Positions 10,846 through 20,966 of a stretch of DNA of 64,000 bases are shown here, piece by piece (within the stretch, counting starts at the first letter, position 1; each line of letters opens with the position of its first letter). Where the stretch lies: NCBI GenBank assembly GCA_963811165.1, contig CAWEQH010000008.1, positions 128,001 through 192,000 on the forward strand, read 5' to 3'. This stretch comes from an uncultured Nitrospiraceae bacterium (lineage in GTDB: Bacteria > Nitrospirota > Thermodesulfovibrionia > Thermodesulfovibrionales > UBA6898). A program made the position numbers and the translations under genes. The notes beneath the pieces are model-generated. The model was given only the letters and a program-made list of their open reading frames with translations. It ran no database searches and had not been told where the DNA came from.

Positions 10846-11793
10846 TCATGTCAGACCGCACCGCACAAAATGTCCCGCTGAAATCTCGACAAAAGGGGGT
10901 TCCCCCTTTTCGCAGGGGCCGGCGGCCTTCGGACATCTGGCCGCGTATCTGCAACCCTCGGGAAAATCCTCCGGGACCGGGACATTCCCGGAGATGGGCT
11001 TTAGCGGTATCCCCTTGCCCTTTGGTACGGACTCCAAGAGGCCTATGGTATAGGGGTGACGGGGATTGCCGAATATCTCGACGGTGTCGGCGAACTCCAC
11101 GAGTTTGCCCGCGTACATGATGGCGACCCGCGATGCGTTTTCCGCGATGACGCCGAGGTCGTGCGTGATGAAAAGGATCGACATCTTGTGTTCTTCCCTG
11201 AGCCTCTGTATGAGTTCCAGTATCTGTGCCTGGATGGTCACATCGAGTGCGGTCGTGGGCTCGTCCGCGATAAGAAGCGAGGGGTTGCATGCGATCGCCA
11301 TGGCGATCATGACACGCTGCCTCATTCCTCCGGACATCTGATGCGGGTATTCCTTTATCCTGACCTCCGCAGAAGGGATCTTTACCGAGCGGAGAAGTTC
11401 CACCGCCCTGTCGAGCGCATCTCTCATCGACATGCCGCGATGGGTGACGAGGACTTCTGCGATCTGATACCCTATGGTCAGGACCGGGTTTAGGGACGTC
11501 ATCGGCTCCTGAAATACCATGGACATCTCATTTCCCCTCAGGCGTCTCTTGGATTCCTCATCGAGCATAAGAAGGTCTTTCCCTTTGAAAAATATCTGCC
11601 CCTTTGCAAAGGCGTTCCGCGGGAGTATCCCCATGATCGAAAGCGCGGTGATGCTCTTGCCGCACCCGCTTTCACCGGCGAGACCGAATATTTCCGATTC
11701 TCCGATGGAGAAATTCAGACCCGATACGACCTCTACAGGGGTGGATGCAGACCTGAAATAAATATGGAGATCCCTCAGCTCAAGAAGGGACAC
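10846..11793 (-). CDS. oligopeptide/dipeptide ABC ATPase (OppD/DppD-like)
   Basis: [27 protein letters not shown]. Confidence 0.9.
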   Translation of the reverse strand: MSLLELRDLHIYFRSASTPVEVVSGLNFSIGESEIFGLAGESGCGKSITALSIMGILPRNAFAKGQIFFKGKDLLMLDEESKRRLRGNEMSMVFQEPMTSLNPVLTIGYQIAEVLVTHRGMSMRDALDRAVELLRSVKIPSAEVRIKEYPHQMSGGMRQRVMIAMAIACNPSLLIADEPTTALDVTIQAQILELIQRLREEHKMSILFITHDLGVIAENASRVAIMYAGKLVEFADTVEIFGNPRHPYTIGLLESVPKGKGIPLKPISGNVPVPEDFPEGCRYAARCPKAAGPCEKGEPPFVEISAGHFVRCGLT

Positions 11794-11796
11794 TTT

Positions 11797-12504
11797 TTAC
11801 TGTTTATCCTCTTTTTTGAGGAGCCTCAGGTAGTTTTCCGCTTCTTTGAGTCCGGGGTTGTCCTGGAGGGCCTTTTCCCATTCTTCGAAGGCCGATCCCG
11901 TGAGTCCCTGCATATAGTAAGTCAGGCCCAGCTGGACCCACGCAGGGCCGTACTTCGGGTTGATCCTCTTTGCATCTGAGAAATGGACGATCGCCTCTTC
12001 AATGAGCCCTTTGTTTCTGAGCGCGATCCCCATCTTGGTATGTACGTCGGCAAGTTTCGGATGCAGCTTCACCGCCTTTTTGTATTCTTCAATCGCCTCG
12101 TCGTTCATGTTGAACTCGAGGTAAGTATTGCCCAGTTTATAATGCTCGTTGGCAAGTTTCCCCGCGATGTAAGGATCAAGGGCGTTGGGGTCAGGGGAGG
12201 CTATCTGGGCCGCCATCGTGAAGACCTCCTGCGCCTTTTTGAATTCGCCGAGGTCATTATACGTAATGGCGAGGTTTAGCGATGCCTCGGTGTAGCGGGG
12301 ATTGATCTCAAGGGCCTTCTCGAAATGTGCGGAGGCCTTTCTGAGTTCCCCCTTCATGCTGCATATTATCCCCATCTTGTTATGGACATCCGCATATCCG
12401 GGGTTAAGGACGATCACCTCCCGCAAAAGCGGCTCAGCCTCATTGAGGTTGCCCTCATCGAAAAGTTTCGTGCCGAGTTCGTAAAGCTCCTGTACCGTTG
12501 ACAT
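11797..12504 (-). CDS. tetratricopeptide repeat protein
   Basis: Repeated TPR patterns (A..N.G, P.YAD). Confidence 0.85.
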   Translation of the reverse strand: MSTVQELYELGTKLFDEGNLNEAEPLLREVIVLNPGYADVHNKMGIICSMKGELRKASAHFEKALEINPRYTEASLNLAITYNDLGEFKKAQEVFTMAAQIASPDPNALDPYIAGKLANEHYKLGNTYLEFNMNDEAIEEYKKAVKLHPKLADVHTKMGIALRNKGLIEEAIVHFSDAKRINPKYGPAWVQLGLTYYMQGLTGSAFEEWEKALQDNPGLKEAENYLRLLKKEDKQ

Positions 12505-12558
12505 ACGTATTTACTATAGGGATTTAAAGGAAAAATTGTCAAGAAATGAAGTGGCCAG

Positions 12559-12981
12559 CTAAGGCTTAACGGTCTTAAGACGAAAATTTCTGTCTGTGAA
12601 TTCGTCGGTTTTCTTGATAAGGAGCCAGTCCTTGTCTTTGCCGGACATCCTGGCGAGGACGAAGATGCCCTTAAGTTTTTTCCCCCTGAAGAGTACTTCC
12701 AGTTTTCCCGATGCGATGCTTCCTCCCAATAGGTCGTACCCGCCCTTGTCCCATATGAACACCTCCCCGGCGCCGTAATTACCCTCCGGGATCGTACCTT
12801 CGAAGCCTGCATAGTCGAGTGGATGGTCGTCGACCATTACGGCCAGCCTCTTGTCGGCGGGATTCATCGAAGGGCCCTTGGGGACGGCCCATGATTTCAG
12901 TACGCCGGCCATCTCGAGTCTCAGGTCGAAGTGGAGCCTCTTTGCATGGTGCTCGTGTACGACGAAGACAGACATATTCAC
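12559..12981 (-). CDS. stand-alone LigD 3'-phosphoesterase domain protein
   Basis: HHAKRLHFDLRLE, SWAVPKGPS, DHPLDY, YGAG. Confidence 0.9.
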   Translation of the reverse strand: MNMSVFVVHEHHAKRLHFDLRLEMAGVLKSWAVPKGPSMNPADKRLAVMVDDHPLDYAGFEGTIPEGNYGAGEVFIWDKGGYDLLGGSIASGKLEVLFRGKKLKGIFVLARMSGKDKDWLLIKKTDEFTDRNFRLKTVKP

Positions 12982-13008
12982 CTCATGCGCCTATCACGTG
13001 ATCGCCTC

Positions 13009-13734
13009 TCAGTCTTCTCTCTTTATCTTTACGGCGAGAAGCGTCGTCATTCCCGCTAAGAAAAGTATACCACCTACAAGCGCCCATAAAGCGCCTGGGT
13101 CCCTGCTTACTTCTATAAGCGCTACCGGATAAGGTTGAAACCTCACGGTTTTTATATAAATGCCGAATCCACCTTGGAAAGAGGGGCTGTTTGGCCTTAT
13201 GATATCACGTTTGAATCTGGTCCCTTCCCTCAAATAACTTATCCCGGCGGACCAGTCGATGATATCTCCAGAGGAATCGGCATCCGCTTTTATCTCCTCA
13301 AAGAGTACGGATATGCCGTTTGCAAGCGGGACGACGGTCCCGTTGGCTACGAAGCCGGTCTCCCTGGAACTTCCGTAGGAACTCAGGAGGTGGGCGAGCA
13401 AGACGAAGAGGAACCCGATATGGATTACCTGCGGAGAGAGAACGAGCAGCAGGTTTTTCGCCCCCCTCTTTTTAAAAACGGATTCAATGCTGCAAAGAAG
13501 CGTGTTGGCCGTAAGAAGCGAGAGTGCCACTACCGAAGCCCACAACCACCATACGACGCCCAAAGAGTTTTCCGTCATCCATTTAAAAAGCGGCATTACG
13601 TGCAATGTCTGAAATTCCTCCTTCAAAGGCATCATAAACGAACCATAAAGAAGGATACACAAAAGCGTAAGAAGCAGCCATAGGCCGGTCCTTAAGGAGA
13701 GGAAAAAGTCGAGAGTTTTCTTTGCTATGTTCAT
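13009..13734 (-). CDS. cytochrome c biogenesis protein, ResB/Ccs1-like
   Basis: TM helices, IHIGFL..LLAH, SRDPGA; adjacent to ccsA. Confidence 0.75.
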   Translation of the reverse strand: MNIAKKTLDFFLSLRTGLWLLLTLLCILLYGSFMMPLKEEFQTLHVMPLFKWMTENSLGVVWWLWASVVALSLLTANTLLCSIESVFKKRGAKNLLLVLSPQVIHIGFLFVLLAHLLSSYGSSRETGFVANGTVVPLANGISVLFEEIKADADSSGDIIDWSAGISYLREGTRFKRDIIRPNSPSFQGGFGIYIKTVRFQPYPVALIEVSRDPGALWALVGGILFLAGMTTLLAVKIKRED

Positions 13735-13746
13735 TGTTGTCCGCCT

Positions 13747-14502
13747 CTAAAATGTATGTGAACTCTTCATAAAAAGGCTCACCCCGAGATAGGTAAACAT
13801 CACGATGACAAATCCGATTATTGCGAGCACTGCAGAAGGCTTCCCCGACCACCATTTTCTCAATCGCGCATGAAGATAGAGACTATAGAATAGCCAAAGG
13901 ATCACCGTCCATAACTCCTTGGGCGTCCAGAGCCAGTATGTGCCCCAGGCCAGGTAAGCCCATATACCCCCGAAGACCATGGCGGAAGAGAAGAGACAGT
14001 AGCCTACGAGAATAGCCTTGTACTGAAGTACTTCTACGTTGTCCATGGATGTATTGACCGCACCGGGACTGTTATCCCCCTTACCTTTGGAAATAATAAA
14101 GGGTATGCCGAATGCCGCAGCAATTCCGAAAAGCGCATAAGAGAAAAAAGAGAGGGTCACATGCGATTCGAACCAGAAGGTCTTCAGCACAGGGGGCAAA
14201 GGAGCATTGTGCGGAGGATAAAAAGACGAGATGACGGCAAAAAAGACGGCCAGGCCCACTATGGGGTACAAATATCTTTGCCTGTTTTTCAACCCCAACG
14301 TCATCGGCAGGCCGAAAAGTACAGTCGACATCGAAAGGAAGTAAAGCGTATCGTGCGGTCCTATTATCGGGAGTCTTCCCAGTTGTGTTCCCCGGTAGAG
14401 CATATACCCGGCCTGAAGTATGAAACCGGCGTAGATAAAGACGCTCCTGTAAAATCCTAATAGATAGAGACCGGCAGGAAGAAGAGGGAGGAGATTTGTC
14501 AT
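13747..14502 (-). CDS. ccsA: cytochrome c assembly protein CcsA/ResC
   Basis: WWD-like motif GIWAYLAWGTYWLWTPKE, YLHAR, terminal H. Confidence 0.9.
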   Translation of the reverse strand: MTNLLPLLPAGLYLLGFYRSVFIYAGFILQAGYMLYRGTQLGRLPIIGPHDTLYFLSMSTVLFGLPMTLGLKNRQRYLYPIVGLAVFFAVISSFYPPHNAPLPPVLKTFWFESHVTLSFFSYALFGIAAAFGIPFIISKGKGDNSPGAVNTSMDNVEVLQYKAILVGYCLFSSAMVFGGIWAYLAWGTYWLWTPKELWTVILWLFYSLYLHARLRKWWSGKPSAVLAIIGFVIVMFTYLGVSLFMKSSHTF

Positions 14503-14531
14503 GCGGGGGTCAAGCTACGCCGCCTCAGAAA

Positions 14532-15005
14532 TCATCTCTTGAACGTGCCGCTTTTCCCGCCGCGTTTTTCAAGGAGGAGGATGTCGGAGATTATCATCTC
14601 CCTGTCGACTGATTTGCACATGTCATAGATAGTCAGGGCGGCAGCGGCTACAGCGGTGAGGGCCTCCATCTCGACCCCTGTCCGGCCCTTGATTTTGACC
14701 CTCGATTCTATATGTATACGATCGCCTTTTTTGTCATATTCGAATGCGATCTCTATGGAGGTGATATTCAGGGGATGACACATCGGGATGATCTCCGGGG
14801 TCTTCTTGGCCGCCATGATCCCGGCGACACGCGCGACTCCCAGCACGTCGCCCTTTGACACTTTCCCGTCCTGTATCAGCTTTAATGTGGTCTTCCTCAT
14901 TGATACGAAGCCCCTGGCAACGGCCTCTCTCACAGTCTCCGGTTTTTCCGAGACATCGACCATCCGGGCCCTTCCGCGGGTATCAAAGTGGGTGAGCATG
15001 CTCAT
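14532..15005 (-). CDS. moaC: cyclic pyranopterin monophosphate synthase
   Basis: [26 protein letters not shown]. Confidence 0.95.
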   Translation of the reverse strand: MSMLTHFDTRGRARMVDVSEKPETVREAVARGFVSMRKTTLKLIQDGKVSKGDVLGVARVAGIMAAKKTPEIIPMCHPLNITSIEIAFEYDKKGDRIHIESRVKIKGRTGVEMEALTAVAAAALTIYDMCKSVDREMIISDILLLEKRGGKSGTFKR

Positions 15006-16012
15006 CCACCGATTTTCGACATCGGCCTTCTTCTGGGAGTGTCGAGGACCGCGGGCCCTTTTAGGGCGATTATATCGCTTATGTTATGGCCTTCAGGTTT
15101 TATCCGGATCGACAGCCTAAGAAGACGCTCTATCTCAGAATCCGGCTCGCCGCTTCTGAGGGCGGCCCTCAGGTCGATCTCGGTTTCAGAGAAGAGACAG
15201 GGCCTCAGTTTCCCGTCGGACGTCAACCTCAGACGGTTACAGTCGCTGCAGAAATGATGGGTGAGGGCACTGATGAATCCGATGACACCTTTGGCCCCCT
15301 TCAGCCTGAAATATCGGGAAGGCCCGTCTTTTCTCATGCGGACCGGCGTAAGGGGTGAGATGGTCTCTATCGTCTTTTTCAGTTCATCGGTCGTAATATA
15401 CTTATCTGAGCTCCAGTAATCATTATTGCCGGAAGGCATGAACTCTATGAACCTCACGTGATAATCCGAGTCGAGTGTAAGGCGGGCGAAGTCGATCAAC
15501 TCGGCGTCGTTTACTCCCCGGATAGGCACCATATTGATTTTGATTGGGCGGAGACCGGCCTTTTCAGCGCTGGAAAGGCCCCGTAACACAGCGTCAAGAG
15601 AGCCTCCCCTCGTAATCTCTTTGTATCGCGCGGGGTCGAAGGAATCAATGCTTATGTTCACCCTGTCCAAGCCGGCTTCAGCTATCTCCATCGCATATTT
15701 TTCGAGGAGGATGCCGTTTGTCGTCAAACTCAGGTCTTCGATGCCCGGGATCTTTTTAATCGACGCGATAAGAAACGGAATATTTTTTCTCGTCAGAGGT
15801 TCTCCGCCGGTGAGCCGGACCTTTCTTACTCCAAGTCCGGCCCCGATCTGTACTATTCTGACTATCTCTTCATAGGTGAGAATGTCTTTGTGTTCAGAAG
15901 GGACGACCCCCTCGACAGGCATGCAATAGAGACACCGAAGGTTGCAGCGGTCCGTGACGGACACCCTGAGGTAATCTATCACCCTGAAGAAATTGTCCTT
16001 CAGGCCGGTCAT
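15002..16012 (-). CDS. moaA: GTP 3',8-cyclase
   Basis: [19 protein letters not shown]-terminal MSKIGG. Confidence 0.95.
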   Translation of the reverse strand: MTGLKDNFFRVIDYLRVSVTDRCNLRCLYCMPVEGVVPSEHKDILTYEEIVRIVQIGAGLGVRKVRLTGGEPLTRKNIPFLIASIKKIPGIEDLSLTTNGILLEKYAMEIAEAGLDRVNISIDSFDPARYKEITRGGSLDAVLRGLSSAEKAGLRPIKINMVPIRGVNDAELIDFARLTLDSDYHVRFIEFMPSGNNDYWSSDKYITTDELKKTIETISPLTPVRMRKDGPSRYFRLKGAKGVIGFISALTHHFCSDCNRLRLTSDGKLRPCLFSETEIDLRAALRSGEPDSEIERLLRLSIRIKPEGHNISDIIALKGPAVLDTPRRRPMSKIGG

Positions 16013-16896
16013 CTCTTTTTTCCGGTCGGCTTCTTATCAAGTTCGGCGATCTTCTTCTTGGCCAGAGCTGCATCTTTTGAGTGTGGGTATTTTTCCAGGA
16101 GCCTTCCCAAGATCGTCTTACCCGTCTTTTTGTCCCCTATCTCGATGAAGGAGAGCCCTTGCTTTAAAAGTGCGCCGCTTGTCTTGTCGCTCTCAGGATA
16201 TTTTTTGAGCAGCGTTTCGTAAGCCAGGATGGCGCTCTCGTAATCCTTCTCTGAGTAATAGGTCTCAGCGATCCAGAACTGGGCGTTTCCCGAAAGCTTG
16301 TCCTTAGGAAAGTCCTTCAGAAATGCCTCGAACTTTTCCCTCGCCTCCCTGTACTTCTTCTCCTTGAACGCCTGATACGCCGTTTCATACGACTTGGTCC
16401 TGTCATCCGGAGCTTCCTTCTCATGTTCTTCGCCCGTCGGCTCGGTCTTTGCCTGCTCGGGCTCCGTCTTTTGACTTTCAGCCGGCTTCTGCGCAGCCGC
16501 GCCCTCGATAGACGCCAGTTTGTCCTTGAGGGACTTTATCTGGGTCTCGATGGCGGCTATCTGTGCCCGGGCGATGTCCTTTTCGGCAACAACGTCCTTC
16601 AGTGTCTTTTCCATGTTAAACTTGTATTCTTCGAACCTTCCCTGCAATTCACGGAGGTTTGAAGAGACTTCGGAAAGTCTGGAGTTGATCTCCACCTGGC
16701 TTTCGCGCACCGCAGAGAATGAGTCCTCTTTCACCACTCCGGTCGTTTTTTCCTTCAGAAGATTGACCTCTTTTTTTGTCTCAATGGTGTCCCGCCTTAC
16801 GTCGTTGATGTCCCGACTGAGCGAATCAAAGTCACTTGAAGAAGCGCACGCAGAGACAAAAAGAAACAGCAGTAAAACGGCCGGCACGCGTGCCAC
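16009..16896 (-). CDS. cpoB: Tol-Pal system protein CpoB/YbgF
   Basis: Lipobox VSAC, coiled coil, TPR (NAQFWIAE); follows pal; GTG start inferred. Confidence 0.85.
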   Translation of the reverse strand: MARVPAVLLLFLFVSACASSSDFDSLSRDINDVRRDTIETKKEVNLLKEKTTGVVKEDSFSAVRESQVEINSRLSEVSSNLRELQGRFEEYKFNMEKTLKDVVAEKDIARAQIAAIETQIKSLKDKLASIEGAAAQKPAESQKTEPEQAKTEPTGEEHEKEAPDDRTKSYETAYQAFKEKKYREAREKFEAFLKDFPKDKLSGNAQFWIAETYYSEKDYESAILAYETLLKKYPESDKTSGALLKQGLSFIEIGDKKTGKTILGRLLEKYPHSKDAALAKKKIAELDKKPTGKKR

Positions 16897-17453
16897 TACT
16901 GGCTTACCTTCCCGAGCACGACAAAGTGGGCGCGACGATTTTTTGCCCAGCACTCTTCAGTATGTTCGGTACAGAGAGGCTTCTCTTCACCGTAACTGAT
17001 CTTCTCGATCTTTGACGACGGCACGCCCAGAGATACTAAATAGTCCTTCACCGCCTTTGCCCGTCTGTCGCCCAGCGCCAGGTTGTATTCGTTTGTCCCG
17101 CGTTCGTCACAATGTCCTTCCACAGAGAGCTTCGCACCGGAGTTCTTCGTCATCCATGTGGCGATGGACTTCAGTTCAGACTTGTATTCGTCTTTTATAT
17201 CGTATTTGTCGAAATCGAACTGGAGGTCTTTAAACATGCCTTCTTTTCCCTCTTCGGCCCCAATTCCCTTCCCCTCTGATTCAACTGATTCTTTTCCGGA
17301 GGCGATCTTCTGTTCCGTGACCTTCTCCGGGGTCTTCTGCTCACCCTCCTTCTGCTGCTTGGCGGGCTGCTCGGCCTCCGGCTTAACGGCCGCCTTATGA
17401 CAGCCGAACGAGATAAAAGCTACTAATGCACACAACACCCAAAACCGTTTCAT
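16896..17453 (-). CDS. pal: peptidoglycan-associated lipoprotein
   Basis: FDFDK, EGHCDERGTNEYNLALG, NRRA. Confidence 0.95.
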   Translation of the reverse strand: MKRFWVLCALVAFISFGCHKAAVKPEAEQPAKQQKEGEQKTPEKVTEQKIASGKESVESEGKGIGAEEGKEGMFKDLQFDFDKYDIKDEYKSELKSIATWMTKNSGAKLSVEGHCDERGTNEYNLALGDRRAKAVKDYLVSLGVPSSKIEKISYGEEKPLCTEHTEECWAKNRRAHFVVLGKVSQ

Positions 17454-17485
17454 GATATTCCTCCTCTTCGTATAAAAAAATAATA

Positions 17486-18910
17486 TTAGTTAGGAGACCA
17501 TCTCGGGCCAAAGGCCCTCAGGTCCTTCGGGGTTATCCTTTGCTGTGATTCGCCGTTTGCCCTCATGATATAAATACTCTTAGTGCGGTCCCTGTCGGAG
17601 GTGAAGGCGATATACCTTCCGTCGGGCGAAAAAGAAGGGTCCTCGTTATTGCCCGCTTCGGTAAGCTGGGTCAGCCCCGAGCCGTCGGGCTTTACTATGA
17701 AAATCTGGTTCTTCCCGCGTCTTCCTGAAAAGGCGATCCTGTCGCCGGTTGGGGACCAACAGGGAGAGGTGTTATAGTTGCCTTCAAACGACACCCTCCT
17801 TACCTCGCTGCCGTCTGAGCGCATGACGTAAATCTGGGGGGTCCCTCCCCTGTCCGAAACAAACGCGATGGACTTGCCGTCCGGCGAGACCGAGGGAGAT
17901 ACTTCAATCCCGAAGGTCGAAGTCAGTTTCCTCAGGGTACCCGTACCGATGGTATAGGTAAAGAGGGAGGGGGTGCCGTCCTTGGTGGAAGAGAAGACAA
18001 AGGCGTTTTCTTTCGGGAAAAAATCACCGGCCATATTTGTCCCCTTCGAAACGAATATCCTCTTTTCGGTCATTTTCAGAAAGTCTAACAAATATATGCC
18101 CCATTGTCTACCTCGCTCGGAGGAATACACCGCCTTCGTCCCATCCGAAGACCAATGGGGTGAAAGCAGGAGCGAGCTCTTCAGCCCGAGCTTTCTGGTC
18201 CTTTGCCCGTCCCAGTCCGTCAGGAAAAGGTCTTTCTCTCCGCCGCGCTGGCCCACGAACAGGATCCTGGTCCTGAAAACGCCCGGACTTCCCGTCAGCA
18301 AGGTGTAGATGTCGTTTGAGATCGTATGCCCGAGCTGTCTGACAAGAGATTTCTCCGCCTGATACTCTTTGCTGAGCACGGCCTTTCCTTCCGAAGTATC
18401 ATAAAGGGTTATGGATACTGTAAGGTTCGTGCCTTCCCTGACCGCCCCTTTGACTACCGCCTCGACACCGAGCGGGGTCCAGTTTCCCGGATTGAAAGGC
18501 TGGGAGATCGGTTCTATGTATGCGGAGCTATCGACATAGGTGAAGAGCCCGGTGAAAACGAGGTCGTCCCTGATCACGGCGGAGATTTCTTTGCCTGCGG
18601 CGCCGGGCAGCTCATAGATTGCGATCGGGACTTTTTTCGCCGATGGGGAGGTGATGTCGATGTAGATTTTTGCCTCGGCAGATGTGAATAGTGAAACGTG
18701 AACAGTGAATAGTAAAAGGAAAAAACACATGCGACGAATGCTAAGAGGAAAGCCATATCCCATCGTAACTCTGTCATTCCGGCTTGTCCGGAATCTTTCT
18801 TCGCCTTCAGAAGGATTCCCGATGCGCTTCGCTTGCGGGAATGACAATCGTACAGCCTCACTCTTGATGACACGCGGGTTTGATATGTGCGTTTGGGAAT
18901 TTCTTTTCAT
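17486..18910 (-). CDS. tolB: Tol-Pal beta-propeller protein TolB (start uncertain)
   Basis: PD40 repeats (SPDG, FVSDRGG); operon context. Confidence 0.9.
   Translation of the reverse strand: MKRNSQTHISNPRVIKSEAVRLSFPQAKRIGNPSEGEERFRTSRNDRVTMGYGFPLSIRRMCFFLLLFTVHVSLFTSAEAKIYIDITSPSAKKVPIAIYELPGAAGKEISAVIRDDLVFTGLFTYVDSSAYIEPISQPFNPGNWTPLGVEAVVKGAVREGTNLTVSITLYDTSEGKAVLSKEYQAEKSLVRQLGHTISNDIYTLLTGSPGVFRTRILFVGQRGGEKDLFLTDWDGQRTRKLGLKSSLLLSPHWSSDGTKAVYSSERGRQWGIYLLDFLKMTEKRIFVSKGTNMAGDFFPKENAFVFSSTKDGTPSLFTYTIGTGTLRKLTSTFGIEVSPSVSPDGKSIAFVSDRGGTPQIYVMRSDGSEVRRVSFEGNYNTSPCWSPTGDRIAFSGRRGKNQIFIVKPDGSGLTQLTEAGNNEDPSFSPDGRYIAFTSDRDRTKSIYIMRANGESQQRITPKDLRAFGPRWSPN
18684..18718. repeat. five 7-bp tandem repeats (GTGAANN-like) in the tolB signal peptide
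   Basis: GTGAATA GTGAAAC GTGAACA GTGAATA GTAAAAG. Confidence 0.75.
18772..18846. repeat. 75-bp palindromic element (TGTCATTCC...GGAATGACA)
   Basis: Terminal inverted repeats plus internal hairpins ATTCCGG-CTTGT-CCGGAAT and ATTCCCG...CGGGAAT. Confidence 0.75.
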
Positions 18911-18915
18911 TATAA

Positions 18916-19587
18916 CTAGTCTTTTGGGGAAAACCTGATCCCTATCTCCATTTCGTTCTGCGGTCGGGTGACAGGACTCGCTTTCTGGATCGTCTCCATA
19001 GCATATCTATCGAAAAACCTGTTGCCGGATTTTTTTTCAAAGCCTTCAATGGAGAGTGTTCCGTCCCTGCCTATCTTTACAGATACAATAGCTTCAAGAT
19101 CTTTATCCCTAAGAAAATCGGGAACCTCCCAGTGGGACTGAATCTGCCCGGTGATTTTATCTATATAGCTTGCTTCCCCCGCTCCCATGGCAGGCCCAGC
19201 GCCTTGCACCGGGGCCTTAGCTGCGGGTGAACCACCCTTGCCCTGGATGGAGACAAGTGCCCTCCTAAGAGAAAGAATCTTTTCCAGCTGTTTTTCCTTC
19301 TTTCTCTTTGCCTTTAGCGCAGCGATACTCTCTTCGATCGACTTGAGCTCTTTCTTTTCGTCAATATGGGTCATTGTCTGTTTTTTTTCAACGGGGGATG
19401 GGGTACCCGGTTCAACAGCCGCCCCTTTGTGTTTAGTTGCGCCCGAGGGACCAACAAGGCTTACCGTGTATGGGGAGGGCATAATCATTTCATGGGATTG
19501 TCTCAGGATAAGGAAAGACAGAAGAAAGAACATCATATGAAGGCCGGCGGACAGGACCGCTGTCTTCTTGAGAGAAGGGCCTTTCAT
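18916..19587 (-). CDS. tolA: TolA/TonB C-terminal domain protein
   Basis: N-terminal TM with S-x-x-x-H, charged linker, TonB_C (KSGNRFFD). Confidence 0.8.
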   Translation of the reverse strand: MKGPSLKKTAVLSAGLHMMFFLLSFLILRQSHEMIMPSPYTVSLVGPSGATKHKGAAVEPGTPSPVEKKQTMTHIDEKKELKSIEESIAALKAKRKKEKQLEKILSLRRALVSIQGKGGSPAAKAPVQGAGPAMGAGEASYIDKITGQIQSHWEVPDFLRDKDLEAIVSVKIGRDGTLSIEGFEKKSGNRFFDRYAMETIQKASPVTRPQNEMEIGIRFSPKD

Positions 19588-19985
19588 TTCATGTCAAGCT
19601 TCGGCTCTGTAATCATCCCGAGTTTTTCTATCCCGGCCTCCTTGATCTCTCCCATGACCTCCACGACAAGCCCGTAGGGAACGTCTTTGTCCGCCTTGAG
19701 GAAGATATTTGGGTTTAGTTTGCTGATCGCCTCCAATTTCTGGCGCATCTGCGGGATCGTTACGGGCGTGTCGTTCATGTAAATAGTGCGGTCTTTTTTT
19801 ATTACAAGTGAGATCCTCTCTTCGGGAGGCAACTCCTTGCCCTTCGCCTGCGGAAGGTTTACGTCTACTCCCTGCTGCAAAAGGGGGGCTGTCACCATAA
19901 AGATGACCAGGAGCACGAGCATTACGTCAACCAAAGGAGTGACGTTTATCTCAGAGAGGACCGTCCTGTCTCTGTTGGCTTTCAT
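19584..19985 (-). CDS. tolR: TolR
   Basis: EINVTPLVDVMLVLLVIFMVTAP. Confidence 0.92.
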   Translation of the reverse strand: MKANRDRTVLSEINVTPLVDVMLVLLVIFMVTAPLLQQGVDVNLPQAKGKELPPEERISLVIKKDRTIYMNDTPVTIPQMRQKLEAISKLNPNIFLKADKDVPYGLVVEVMGEIKEAGIEKLGMITEPKLDMK

Positions 19986-20611
19986 TCGCCCGTCGTGGTG
20001 AAGAGCTCGAGGAGGTCCTCAGAGAAATCCTCCATCTCGACAATCATCTTCCTCGCCATGCTGAGGTAATAGTTGTAGGCGATGACCGCCGGTATTGCGG
20101 CCGCAAGTCCCACAGCGGTTGCGATCAGGGCCTCCGCGATACCCGGGGCGACAACCGCAAGCGATGCGGAGCCCGCAGTCCCTATCCCATGGAAGGAATT
20201 CATAATGCCCCAGACAGTACCGAAAAGGCCTATAAAGGGTGAAGTCGATCCCGTCGTGGCGAGGAAATTCAGGTATTTCTCGAGTTTTACCGATTCAAGG
20301 GTCTCGTATCTTCTGAGGAGGCGCTTTACCTCGCTTTTGTCTCGGCTAGCCCCGTCTGAGTATACGGATTTAAAGACGTTGGCGATTGGGCTTAAGGAGA
20401 GGTTCTTTGTAGACTTGAAAAGATTTTTGGGATCACGGTTTGCCCGATATGCCCTCAAAAACTGCTCCGACTCGTTGTTCGCCTTCGAAAAATACCTTTG
20501 TTTGAAAAAGATGATAGCCCACGACATGACCGAGAAAAAAAGGAGTATCAGCAGAACAATTTTGACGACAACACCTGCGTGAATTATTACAGAGAAAACC
20601 GATTCTTTCAT
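19982..20611 (-). CDS. tolQ: TolQ
   Basis: PFIGLFGTVWGIM, VAPGIAEALIATA. Confidence 0.92.
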   Translation of the reverse strand: MKESVFSVIIHAGVVVKIVLLILLFFSVMSWAIIFFKQRYFSKANNESEQFLRAYRANRDPKNLFKSTKNLSLSPIANVFKSVYSDGASRDKSEVKRLLRRYETLESVKLEKYLNFLATTGSTSPFIGLFGTVWGIMNSFHGIGTAGSASLAVVAPGIAEALIATAVGLAAAIPAVIAYNYYLSMARKMIVEMEDFSEDLLELFTTTGE

Positions 20612-20809
20612 TCACTACCCCTTAATGGTTTTGTTAGAATTTAAAAAATTCGCCCGATAAAAGTCAAATTAAGATTTATTCACAATTTCTATAATACATT
20701 ATATTGCATATCGCAATCACGGATTAATTAAAATGAATGTTTTGCATGATACAAGAGGCGCTCCTTCAGAGAGTAGTTTTGGGGCCGATCAAATAAGATA
20801 TTTAAAAAA

Positions 20810-20941
20810 TGGCGGAGAGGGTGAGATTTCCGCCTCGGGCGGACCCGCTGGGGCGGGCGAACCAACATCTTCACGGTAGAGTTGCCCTACAACGATTTTT
20901 CCGCCACAGGCGGATTCGCCGGGGCGAACAAGACCATCACC
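20810..20941 (-). pseudogene. degenerate partial copy of tRNA-Ser interrupted by two 29-nt hairpin insertions
   Basis: Matches the 3' ~70% of the adjacent tRNA, with inserts at 20829-20857 and 20900-20928 and an extra 8 nt at 20863-20870. Confidence 0.85.
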
Positions 20942-20966
20942 AATAAATTTAAGTCAATAAAAAAAA

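Noticed and set aside
20829..20928. tRNA introns
   Set aside because: Host copy lacks the 5' end and has other lesions; inserts are too small for self-splicing and recur outside tRNA
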